A program made the translations under genes and the position numbers. The notes under the pieces are model-generated. The model was not told the DNA's origin. It was given only the letters and a program-made list of their open reading frames with translations, and made no database searches. Shown in pieces: positions 47,981 to 55,596 of a stretch of DNA of 64,000 bases. Origin of the DNA: an uncultured bacterium (GTDB taxonomy: Bacteria > Oederibacteriota > JAAXVQ01); NCBI GenBank assembly GCA_964604705.1, contig CAZSAP010000015.1:1124-65123 (forward strand). Reading direction: 5' to 3'. Positions within the stretch are counted from its first letter, which is position 1; every line of letters starts with the position of its first letter.

Positions 47981-49146
47981 CGTTTGAGGAATCCTTTCTT
48001 GTGCAGCAATTCTTCTGCGGCTTCCTGCACATCGGCCGGAGCTATTTCCAGCATGCAAATCGGGCTGCCCAGCCGGCAGGTGGTGACATCCGAGCGGTGT
48101 ACCGTCAAAGGGGTGTAGCACGGGGCACACGGAACGCTCCGTTTCACAGCCCGATGCCAGGGACCGCGCGGCGCCAACAATTCGGGCGAGGTCGGTCCGT
48201 AGATAGAGACCGTGGGCGTATCCACCGCCGCGGCCATGTGGAGCGGACCCGAATCCCCGCCGATGAACAGATCGCACATTTCCAAAAGGGCCGCCAGCTG
48301 AATCAGCGAAGTCTTGCCCTCGGCGCGAATCACCTTGGCCTCAAAACGGGCGTTGGCCAAGAGTGCATCGCCCAGCACGCCGTCGGAGGCCGTGCCCACG
48401 AACATCAACTGCGCACCGTAGTGCTCGATCAGCGCCTGACAGACGCTCAAAAATCCCGAAGGCGTCCAGCGTTTGGTGTTCATGGTGGTCCCGGGGTTCA
48501 CCCCGCCGCCGACAAACATGGCCACCAACGGTCCGTGACCGGATTGGTATCCTTGGTCTTGCAAAAACGTTTCCGAAAACTGCCGGGCCTCGGGTGTCGG
48601 GGTCAGCTCCATGGCGTCCCCCTCCAAACCCGCACCCAAGGGACGCAGGCAATCCAGGTAGCGGTCCACCTCATGGGCCAAGGGGCGGTACACAACGGCG
48701 TGGGTCAGTGAATAGCCCTGCCCTTCCCAATCCCAGCCCAAGCGCACAGGCACGCCCCCCAAAAACGGAAGCAACGTCGCCAGGCCTGAGCGGTGCAGGA
48801 CAATGGCCGCATCAAAGCGCCCGCGGCGGATGTCTTGGACGGCCTGCCAGCCGCGCTGCATTTTTTGCCAGACACTGCCCGGCGCGTACGCATCGTAGTC
48901 GAGAATGCTGTGCACGTACGGATTTACATGGACCAAATCGCGGCACCACGGGCTGACCATGTACGCGATATGCGCGCGCGGAAAATTCGCATGCAACGCA
49001 CGCAGGAGCGGGGTGGTGAAGAGTACGTCCCCGATGCAGCACAACTTGATCACAAGGATCCGCTGCAGATTCGCCGCCACGATCGGTCGGTGCTTGGCGC
49101 GCCAAAAAAGTTTTCCCAACAAGGTGTATCCCAGTCGCTTGAGCAT
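47977..49146 (-). CDS. Glycosyltransferase family 9 (heptosyltransferase-like)
   Basis: ILVIKLCCIGDVLFTTPLLRAL N-terminal GT9 signature. Confidence 0.8.
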   Translation of the reverse strand: MLKRLGYTLLGKLFWRAKHRPIVAANLQRILVIKLCCIGDVLFTTPLLRALHANFPRAHIAYMVSPWCRDLVHVNPYVHSILDYDAYAPGSVWQKMQRGWQAVQDIRRGRFDAAIVLHRSGLATLLPFLGGVPVRLGWDWEGQGYSLTHAVVYRPLAHEVDRYLDCLRPLGAGLEGDAMELTPTPEARQFSETFLQDQGYQSGHGPLVAMFVGGGVNPGTTMNTKRWTPSGFLSVCQALIEHYGAQLMFVGTASDGVLGDALLANARFEAKVIRAEGKTSLIQLAALLEMCDLFIGGDSGPLHMAAAVDTPTVSIYGPTSPELLAPRGPWHRAVKRSVPCAPCYTPLTVHRSDVTTCRLGSPICMLEIAPADVQEAAEELLHKKGFLKR

Positions 49147-49155
49147 GGTCTCGTC

Positions 49156-50328
49156 TTAGGGACGATCTCCCTTCCCATCCTGGCGATGCCCGCCGGATTG
49201 GAACAAATATTTGGCCGCAGCCAATACATCGGACACCGCGTATTCGCGCTCGGGATCACGCACCACGGCCGACAAGCACCCACGCCCCCACGGGCCCCAT
49301 TCTTCGGGTTCGTTGGTCTGGCTCCACAACATAATCGTGGGCACACCTTGGGTCACGGCCATGTGCGCCGGACCCGAGTCGCTGCCCACCATCAGGTGCG
49401 CCGAGGCAATCACCGCAAGCAACTTGCGCAAATCGGTCTTCCCGGCCAAAACCACCGGAGCTCGCATACAGGCATTGGCCAGGGCCTCGGCCTGAAACCG
49501 TTCGTTCGGCGCTCCGACCATGACCACTTCACAACCCAGGCGGCTCAACCCGTCGCAAAGTTCAATCAGGCGATTGGTCGGCCACCGCTTGGCCGGATCT
49601 CCGGCCGCCGGGTGCAGCACCACACGCCGGTTTCCGGTCTGCCAAACCCCCTGCCCAAAACGCACTTCTTCCGTGGTGAGCGGGATCGGCACATAGCGTT
49701 CCACCACCGGTGTGACGTGCACCAGCTCCGCCAACTGCAAGTTGCGCTCCACCTCGTGCACACCCACGGCGAGCGGACGCGTCCCGTGCAACAAGAATCC
49801 GCCCCCGGTAATCCCATACCCGTAGCGGGCCTTGACCCCGGCCAGGAGCATCAACAGGTGATGGCGCAGGTCTCCGCGAAAATCCAAGGAAAGATCAAAC
49901 TGTTTCTTCTGAAGCTGCCAGGCCAACTGCAAAAACGTCGGTTGACCTGCCGGTACCTCCGCGCGCGCAAACCAGGGAGCCTCCCAGGTTATGAACTCAT
50001 CGATGCAGCGATCCTGGCTCAACAACTCCCGCCCGGCCTTCGAGGTCAAGACGGTCAACCGGGCCAGGGGGAAGTGGGTCTTAAGGGCCACGAGGCTGGG
50101 GCGGGTAAACAAAACATCCCCCAAATGATCCAAGCGGATGGCCAGAATATTTTTAGGATTTTCCACCACGCTCGGGGCCGGACGCAGTCCGCGACCCAGC
50201 GTCAGCCCGCGGACCAGCGCATACCCCATCTTGTCCATGGCCGCGGTTAGGACGCAGCGCACGGTTGAGCGAAACACATACGGTCGTTCCCCGCGCCGCC
50301 ACGTTTTGGTGCTCATGGTTTCTCCCAT
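49156..50328 (-). CDS. Glycosyltransferase family 9 (heptosyltransferase-like)
   Basis: ILAIRLDHLGDVLFTRPSLVAL GT9 signature. Confidence 0.8.
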   Translation of the reverse strand: MGETMSTKTWRRGERPYVFRSTVRCVLTAAMDKMGYALVRGLTLGRGLRPAPSVVENPKNILAIRLDHLGDVLFTRPSLVALKTHFPLARLTVLTSKAGRELLSQDRCIDEFITWEAPWFARAEVPAGQPTFLQLAWQLQKKQFDLSLDFRGDLRHHLLMLLAGVKARYGYGITGGGFLLHGTRPLAVGVHEVERNLQLAELVHVTPVVERYVPIPLTTEEVRFGQGVWQTGNRRVVLHPAAGDPAKRWPTNRLIELCDGLSRLGCEVVMVGAPNERFQAEALANACMRAPVVLAGKTDLRKLLAVIASAHLMVGSDSGPAHMAVTQGVPTIMLWSQTNEPEEWGPWGRGCLSAVVRDPEREYAVSDVLAAAKYLFQSGGHRQDGKGDRP

Positions 50329-51809
50329 TGTTCCACGCGAATGCCCCCGTAGTTATTTTCCGAAGCCAACCTGTGCGTAGAGGCAAACCAAGCCTGAATC
50401 AGCGACTGTTCCTCGCCTTCGTTCACCAAGACCAGCCAGACCCGCTCTTCCGGCTTGAAAATCGATTGTAGATGATGCACATTCACAGGGTCAATGGGAA
50501 AGTAGTTCTGGGTTTCCCCGCTGACCGGATCGTAGGTCCCTGGCAGACCTTGCAGTGCGATGCGCTCGTTCATATAATACGCGAGCGGTGTCTCGTTCCA
50601 AGCCGGGAAGACCGCCACGCGTTCCGAGCCCTGCACCGACGTGTTTAGCTGCTGGGCTACGGCCCGCCAGTTGTCGTAGTAACCGTACACAAACCATTGA
50701 TTGGCCAGAGGCAACCCCAACCCCAGCGCGAGCAAGGGGACCGTCATCCAGGCCCGACGTGAGGAGAGTTGAGAAAAAGCCAGGCCGGCCAAGATCACCA
50801 GCATCAGGCCCACCACGCTTAAGTAACGCTCATCAAACACATTGAGCCGGTTCCAGGAATACATGAGCACGATGCCAATGGGCACCAACAAGCAGGTCAT
50901 GATGAAGCCCCAATGTTCCGGCGGCAGCGAGGCGTGCAATGCCTCCCGGCGGGGAAGCAAGGCCATCAACACAAGGCCCAGGACCAAAGCAAAGGCCGTC
51001 AGTACGAGCGCCTTGTCGAGCACACTCCAACAGGCCGTGCCCACCACCACGCCGTAAAACGTATGCAACGGCTCCAACCAACCCACACCCTCTCCCCGCC
51101 AGGCCGGTCCGCCCTTGTGCAGATGATCCCAGAGTTTCGGAAGCCAGGGGGTAAATCCGACCAAGATGTTCAGTTGCAGAAACATCCAGCGCATGCGCCA
51201 GGGACGCGGCTGCGACAGTTTGCCAATGCCCATGAACAGAAAAAGGTGAATGGAGAAAAACACCAAAAACCCAAAGTAATGGGTGTAGATCGCCGCAAGC
51301 ATGGAAAGCACAAACCCGGCCGCATGACCTAGGCTCCCACTCCGAAAAAATTTCCAAAAAAAATACAGGGCCAAACCTGAGAACAAGGCCAGCCAGGCGC
51401 CCATGCGTGCGGTCCGTGAAAGCTCAATAAAAAAAGGCGAGACCGCAACCAACCCCGCGCTCCACCAGGCGGCGCGGCGCTGGGTCAGGGCCTCGGCCAG
51501 CTTGAAGACCACCGGGACCAACAAGGCACCGGCCACGACCGAGAGTGAGCGTACCGCGGTTTCCGAGGTACCGAACAGCTGCATCCATCCGGACAACAGC
51601 ACATGATACAAGGGGGGATGGATGTCCATGCCCGCGCCGTTCCAAATGCCTTTCAGCGACGCTCCGGCCAGTTTGATGCTGTAGGCTTCATCCAGCCAGA
51701 TGGAACGAAACGCAAGGCGAAAAAAACGCAACCCAAAGGCTGCGCCTGTCAGCAGCATCAGGCCGCGCCAGGAATCAAACCACGCCCGAAGTTTGCTCAT
51801 TGCGCTCAT
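50313..51809 (-). CDS. ArnT/PMT-like polytopic glycosyltransferase (GT83/GT39-like)
   Basis: About 11 TM helices. A first periplasmic loop with WLDEAYS (DE motif) is typical of ArnT/PMT-family transferases. Confidence 0.7.
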   Translation of the reverse strand: MSAMSKLRAWFDSWRGLMLLTGAAFGLRFFRLAFRSIWLDEAYSIKLAGASLKGIWNGAGMDIHPPLYHVLLSGWMQLFGTSETAVRSLSVVAGALLVPVVFKLAEALTQRRAAWWSAGLVAVSPFFIELSRTARMGAWLALFSGLALYFFWKFFRSGSLGHAAGFVLSMLAAIYTHYFGFLVFFSIHLFLFMGIGKLSQPRPWRMRWMFLQLNILVGFTPWLPKLWDHLHKGGPAWRGEGVGWLEPLHTFYGVVVGTACWSVLDKALVLTAFALVLGLVLMALLPRREALHASLPPEHWGFIMTCLLVPIGIVLMYSWNRLNVFDERYLSVVGLMLVILAGLAFSQLSSRRAWMTVPLLALGLGLPLANQWFVYGYYDNWRAVAQQLNTSVQGSERVAVFPAWNETPLAYYMNERIALQGLPGTYDPVSGETQNYFPIDPVNVHHLQSIFKPEERVWLVLVNEGEEQSLIQAWFASTHRLASENNYGGIRVEQWEKP

Positions 51810-52972
51810 GCCCGCCCGCCCTTGCGTCGTCGGCGCTGGGTGTGCGAGACGGTGCGATACACACTCTCCACGCTCCGGGTCATTTTGTCCCAGGAATGTT
51901 CTTCGGCCCGCAGATGCGCCTTGCTCCCCAGGCGGGCGCGCAGGTCCGGATGGGAGGCCAGGGTATCCAGCGCCCGGGCCAACGTTTTCACATCCGCGCC
52001 CCCGGGAAGCAGCCAGGCATCGTGCTCGTGTTGGAACAACTCCGCGGCGCCCACATTGCGCGCCATCACAATGGGCAAGCGCGCAGCCGCAGCTTCCAAA
52101 ACCGTGAGCCCAAACGATTCGTATTCGGGCAAGAGCGCATACACATCGGCCGCAGCCAGGACCGGAAGTACCTGGGCGCCGGGGGACACAAAGAACACCC
52201 GTGAGGCCAGCCCCAGCGTGTGCGCCAACGCATGCAAGCTGCGGTCAAACGGACCGGACGACGCCAACATGAGCACAATCTGGGTCTGACGCGTATGCCC
52301 CAGTGCGCGGATCAAGCGCTCGGCACCCTTCAAGCGCAACGCATTGGCGGTCAAGGCCACCACCACGGCCTGGGACGGCAACCCCCAGTGCGCGCGCGCA
52401 CGGTTGCGCTCCAGACCTTGCTTGCGTGGATCGTACTGCTCGGCCTCCACGCCTGGATACACCACGTGAAACGGCAAGGCGCGCACCGAAGGGTAGGTGG
52501 CGCGCACCTGACGCTTCACACGCTCCGAGACCCCAATCAGCGCCTGAGCGGTCACGAGCGTCCCTTGTTCCAAGGATAAAATCGCGCGGTGCGCCGGACT
52601 CAGGGTTTTGCGCAGGCGGTTGATCCAGGTCGGGCGCAATTTCAACGACGCGCGCATGCCGGCATGATGGCACGAATGGGCGGTCACCACATCCCCCCAG
52701 GTTCCGTCCGAACCTTGCGTATGCACCACATCGTAGTCCGAGGCCGAAGCGGCCATGCCGGCTTTGTGACTAAAATTTAAAATCGAGTGCCAATGCGGCG
52801 TGCGCGGCACCCGAATGGGTACCAGCGTGACCTGCCCGCAGGTCTCAAACTCGCGGGGATCCGTGAGCACACTGACCGTGTGCCGCGTCGCCAGACGGCG
52901 TGCCAATTCAAACGTGTAGCGCTCAATGCCCGCTCCCGGGCGGCATCCGCGTGCAATCAACGCGATCTTCAT
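51806..52972 (-). CDS. Glycosyltransferase family 4
   Basis: MKIALIARGCRPGAGIERYTFELARRL N-terminus. GT-B fold with an E...E C-terminal motif. Confidence 0.8.
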   Translation of the reverse strand: MKIALIARGCRPGAGIERYTFELARRLATRHTVSVLTDPREFETCGQVTLVPIRVPRTPHWHSILNFSHKAGMAASASDYDVVHTQGSDGTWGDVVTAHSCHHAGMRASLKLRPTWINRLRKTLSPAHRAILSLEQGTLVTAQALIGVSERVKRQVRATYPSVRALPFHVVYPGVEAEQYDPRKQGLERNRARAHWGLPSQAVVVALTANALRLKGAERLIRALGHTRQTQIVLMLASSGPFDRSLHALAHTLGLASRVFFVSPGAQVLPVLAAADVYALLPEYESFGLTVLEAAAARLPIVMARNVGAAELFQHEHDAWLLPGGADVKTLARALDTLASHPDLRARLGSKAHLRAEEHSWDKMTRSVESVYRTVSHTQRRRRKGGRA

Positions 52973-54078
52973 CGCCTACCCCCCAGGATGGATTGATAAA
53001 ACGCGAAGGTCTTGCGGGCAATGCCTTCGTTGGTAAATTCGGCCAGAGCCCGCGTCCGCCCCTGCTCGACGCAACGGGCATGCAGGGCGGTGTCCGTGTG
53101 CAGGCGCGTCAGGCACTCGGCCAAGCGTGCGGCCTGCCCCTCCGGAAACACCAGGCCGGCCTCGCCAATGACATGCGGAATCTCCCCGGAGTCCGAACCC
53201 ACCACCGGAACACCGCAGGCCATGGCTTCCACCAAGACCCGCCCAAACTGTTCTTTCCAATCCTTGCGTGTTTCCGAGGGCAAGACCAAAACATCCAAAG
53301 CCCGCAGCGCCTGCGGAACTTCGGCATTGGGCACGGACGAAACAAACCGCACGCGCGCCTCCAAGCCCAAACGCGCGACCTGCGTCTTGAGTGCCTCGGC
53401 CATGGGCCCTTGTCCCGTGAGGACCAATTCATAGTTAAAGTTCAAGGTCGCCACCGCGTTTAACAGCGTGTGCAGCCCTTTCTCTTCCAACAAGCGCCCC
53501 AAAAAGCCAATGGTCCAAACCGGATGCGCTGGGGATGCAGCTTGAGGGGCAAAGAGCTTTGGATCCACTCCGTACTGCGGTATGACCGCCACGTTACCGG
53601 CATACCCGCGTTGGCGCAAAACCTGCGCGGCCTCATGATTCCCCGCAATGGCCCAACGCGCCTGCTTGAGCATCCAGCGGTCAATCCAGGAAAGGGGAAA
53701 TTTATAGGGCCGCAAAATGTTTTCCCAGGTAAAAAAGACCACGCGGCGTTTTTGCGCATGCAAGGCCCGCACCGCCTGCCAGCCAATGAGTGCGTACGGT
53801 TCTTCTTCCAAATGCAAAATGTCCGGTTGCAAGCGGCGCAACCAGGCAGTGAGTCCCGGCAGGTAAAACCCGCCGACTTTACCCGCCCAGCGCACGGGGA
53901 AAATGCTCATGTAGATGCCCTTCTCGTATCCCGGCTTCGGGGCCTCCACCCAGCGGTTCCCCTCGGGCCAGCGCGCCGGCATAAGCAAATGCACCTCCAC
54001 GCCGAGTTCCGCGAGTCGGTGAAACTTCTGCCGGTACACATCCACCACGGCACTATGGGAAATGACGCAAACTTTCAT
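52969..54078 (-). CDS. Glycosyltransferase family 4
   Basis: MKVCVISHSAVVDVYRQKF N-terminus. C-terminal EAMACGVPVV. Confidence 0.8.
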   Translation of the reverse strand: MKVCVISHSAVVDVYRQKFHRLAELGVEVHLLMPARWPEGNRWVEAPKPGYEKGIYMSIFPVRWAGKVGGFYLPGLTAWLRRLQPDILHLEEEPYALIGWQAVRALHAQKRRVVFFTWENILRPYKFPLSWIDRWMLKQARWAIAGNHEAAQVLRQRGYAGNVAVIPQYGVDPKLFAPQAASPAHPVWTIGFLGRLLEEKGLHTLLNAVATLNFNYELVLTGQGPMAEALKTQVARLGLEARVRFVSSVPNAEVPQALRALDVLVLPSETRKDWKEQFGRVLVEAMACGVPVVGSDSGEIPHVIGEAGLVFPEGQAARLAECLTRLHTDTALHARCVEQGRTRALAEFTNEGIARKTFAFYQSILGGRR

Positions 54079-54108
54079 ACACCAACCTCATAACGAAATC
54101 ATGAATCG

Positions 54109-54213
54109 GGGCGTATGCAATACGCCCCTACATGTAAACCTACATTCCCCACACCTTGTTTCCATAACCAATCTATCACAAGGGCGTATGCAATACGCCC
54201 CTACATGCAAACC
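54109..54213. repeat. Two direct 33-bp repeats, each with a palindromic core, in the 5' leader of a GT4 gene
   Basis: GGGGCGTATGCAATACGCCCCTACATGTAAACC at 54109 and GGGCGTATGCAATACGCCCCTACATGCAAACC at 54182. Each contains the palindrome GGGCGTAT-GCA-ATACGCCC. Confidence 0.8.
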
Positions 54214-54225
54214 GTCAAACCCACC

Positions 54226-54274
54226 AACTCCCCCTGACTCCCCCTCTTTGACAAAGAGGGGGACGGGGGGAGTT
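54226..54274. repeat. GC-rich palindromic element (CCCCCTCTTTGACAAAGAGGGGG family), copy 2
   Basis: AACTCCCCCTGACTCCCCCTCTTTGACAAAGAGGGGGACGGGGGGAGTT, an approximately 23-bp near-perfect hairpin with a 3-nt loop. Confidence 0.8.
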
Positions 54275-55386
54275 CATCCATACAGTTTCACATGCTGCCC
54301 GGCGATCCGCGTCCAGGCAAAGCGTCCGGCCACGCGCCGTGCTCCGGCCTGGAGACGTTGCGCCAATTCCGCATCCTGCGCCACCTGAGCCAATCCGGCC
54401 AACAACGCCTTCGGATCCCCGGGTGCCACATACCAAACAGTCTCACCATGTCGGAGTCCTTCCAGCGGAGCACTCGGACCGGTGCTTACTACAGCCAAAC
54501 CCGCATTCAGCAAGGCCACCAGCGAACTGCGGTTCAAGCGGGCGCCCTCGGTAAAGGGCAGGACGGCCAAGCCTGAAGAGACCCGCAGGGCCGCATGAAT
54601 CTCCGCCGCGGGCAAGTATCCGCGAAAAACCACACGTGAGGCCAGTCCCAACGTGTGCCGCAACGACTCCACCTCACGATGCGTCGCATACTTGTCCGGA
54701 TCCAGTTCCGCAAAAACATCAAGTATATTTGCAGGACGCAGCGTTTGCCAAAGTGCCCAGGCACGCAACAAAACATCCCAGCCCTTGTTTGGCATCACAC
54801 TGCCAAAATGCACCCACGTTTGTTCACCCGGTGTGGGCGCCGGAAACACGTCCGGCGGCACATCGTCAGGATTGATGGCACTGCCCAGCGGAATCACCCG
54901 CACGGGTTGCACATGACGCGCAAACCTGCGCAAGGCGCGCCGGTCCGCGTGATTGGTGCAGACCACCGCGTGGGCATCGGTGAGTGCAGGCCAAAGCCTC
55001 GCCTTGCCGCGCCAGGTAAACATGGCGTACTCATGCAAGGTGATCCCCCGGCGACAGCTCGGCATCCGCCAGGCAAGATAGGACAGCAAAAACGTGGGCG
55101 TCGCCCCGCGCTCAAACCCCAGACCCGGATACTGCAAATGCACGGTGTCCGGCGCGCATTGCCGGAGCAGACGCTCGCAGGCCTGCAAGCCGGACCAGCC
55201 CCAAGAGGCCACGCTGCGGTACACGGTCACGCCTGAGATCACCTCGGGTGACATGGAGGTTCCGGAGGTGATCACCGAGACCTTTACGCCCTGACGCTGC
55301 AAGGCTTGCGCCAAACAGGCTGTGTAGTCCCCCACTCCGCAATGCGTGGGCGGATACGCGCCGCTGATCAAACACACATGCTGCAT
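54274..55386 (-). CDS. Glycosyltransferase family 4
   Basis: MQHVCLISGAYPPTHCGVGDYTACLAQAL N-terminus typical of GT4. Confidence 0.8.
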   Translation of the reverse strand: MQHVCLISGAYPPTHCGVGDYTACLAQALQRQGVKVSVITSGTSMSPEVISGVTVYRSVASWGWSGLQACERLLRQCAPDTVHLQYPGLGFERGATPTFLLSYLAWRMPSCRRGITLHEYAMFTWRGKARLWPALTDAHAVVCTNHADRRALRRFARHVQPVRVIPLGSAINPDDVPPDVFPAPTPGEQTWVHFGSVMPNKGWDVLLRAWALWQTLRPANILDVFAELDPDKYATHREVESLRHTLGLASRVVFRGYLPAAEIHAALRVSSGLAVLPFTEGARLNRSSLVALLNAGLAVVSTGPSAPLEGLRHGETVWYVAPGDPKALLAGLAQVAQDAELAQRLQAGARRVAGRFAWTRIAGQHVKLYG

Positions 55387-55415
55387 AGATCCTCACCTTT
55401 AAGGCACTTATCGCT

Positions 55416-55554
55416 CAAGCGACTGCGTCTTGACGTGGTTCGAAGTGAGGACTGTTTGAGCGCCGGTGGCCAATGACTCTAACCGTCCAACCCCAGGTGC
55501 TTACCACCGGCGGTTGCGAGTTCCGCAACAAGAACCACGTCGAGACGCAGTTGC
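55416..55554. repeat. Long inverted repeat: 23-bp arms (2 mismatches) with a nested inner inverted repeat
   Basis: GCGACTGCGTCTTGACGTGGTTC ... GAACCACGTCGAGACGCAGTTGC. Inner GCGCCGGTGGC/ACCACCGGCGG. Confidence 0.7.
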
Positions 55555-55596
55555 TTAATCCGCAAACATGCATCCGTGAACACATTCGTCACCTAC

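Noticed and set aside
48793-50250. Long plus-strand ORFs (e.g. 48793-50250 at 485 aa, 55576-56772 at 398 aa, 22935-23867 at 310 aa, 1535-2365 at 276 aa, 1066-1818 at 250 aa)
   Set aside because: Each lies antisense to a minus-strand gene with clear family motifs (GT9, ligase, YvcK-like/HprK, T9SS cargo, PorP-like). Their translations are Arg/Pro/Gly/His-rich low-complexity sequences typical of antisense frames in GC-rich DNA. No RBS or motif is evident.
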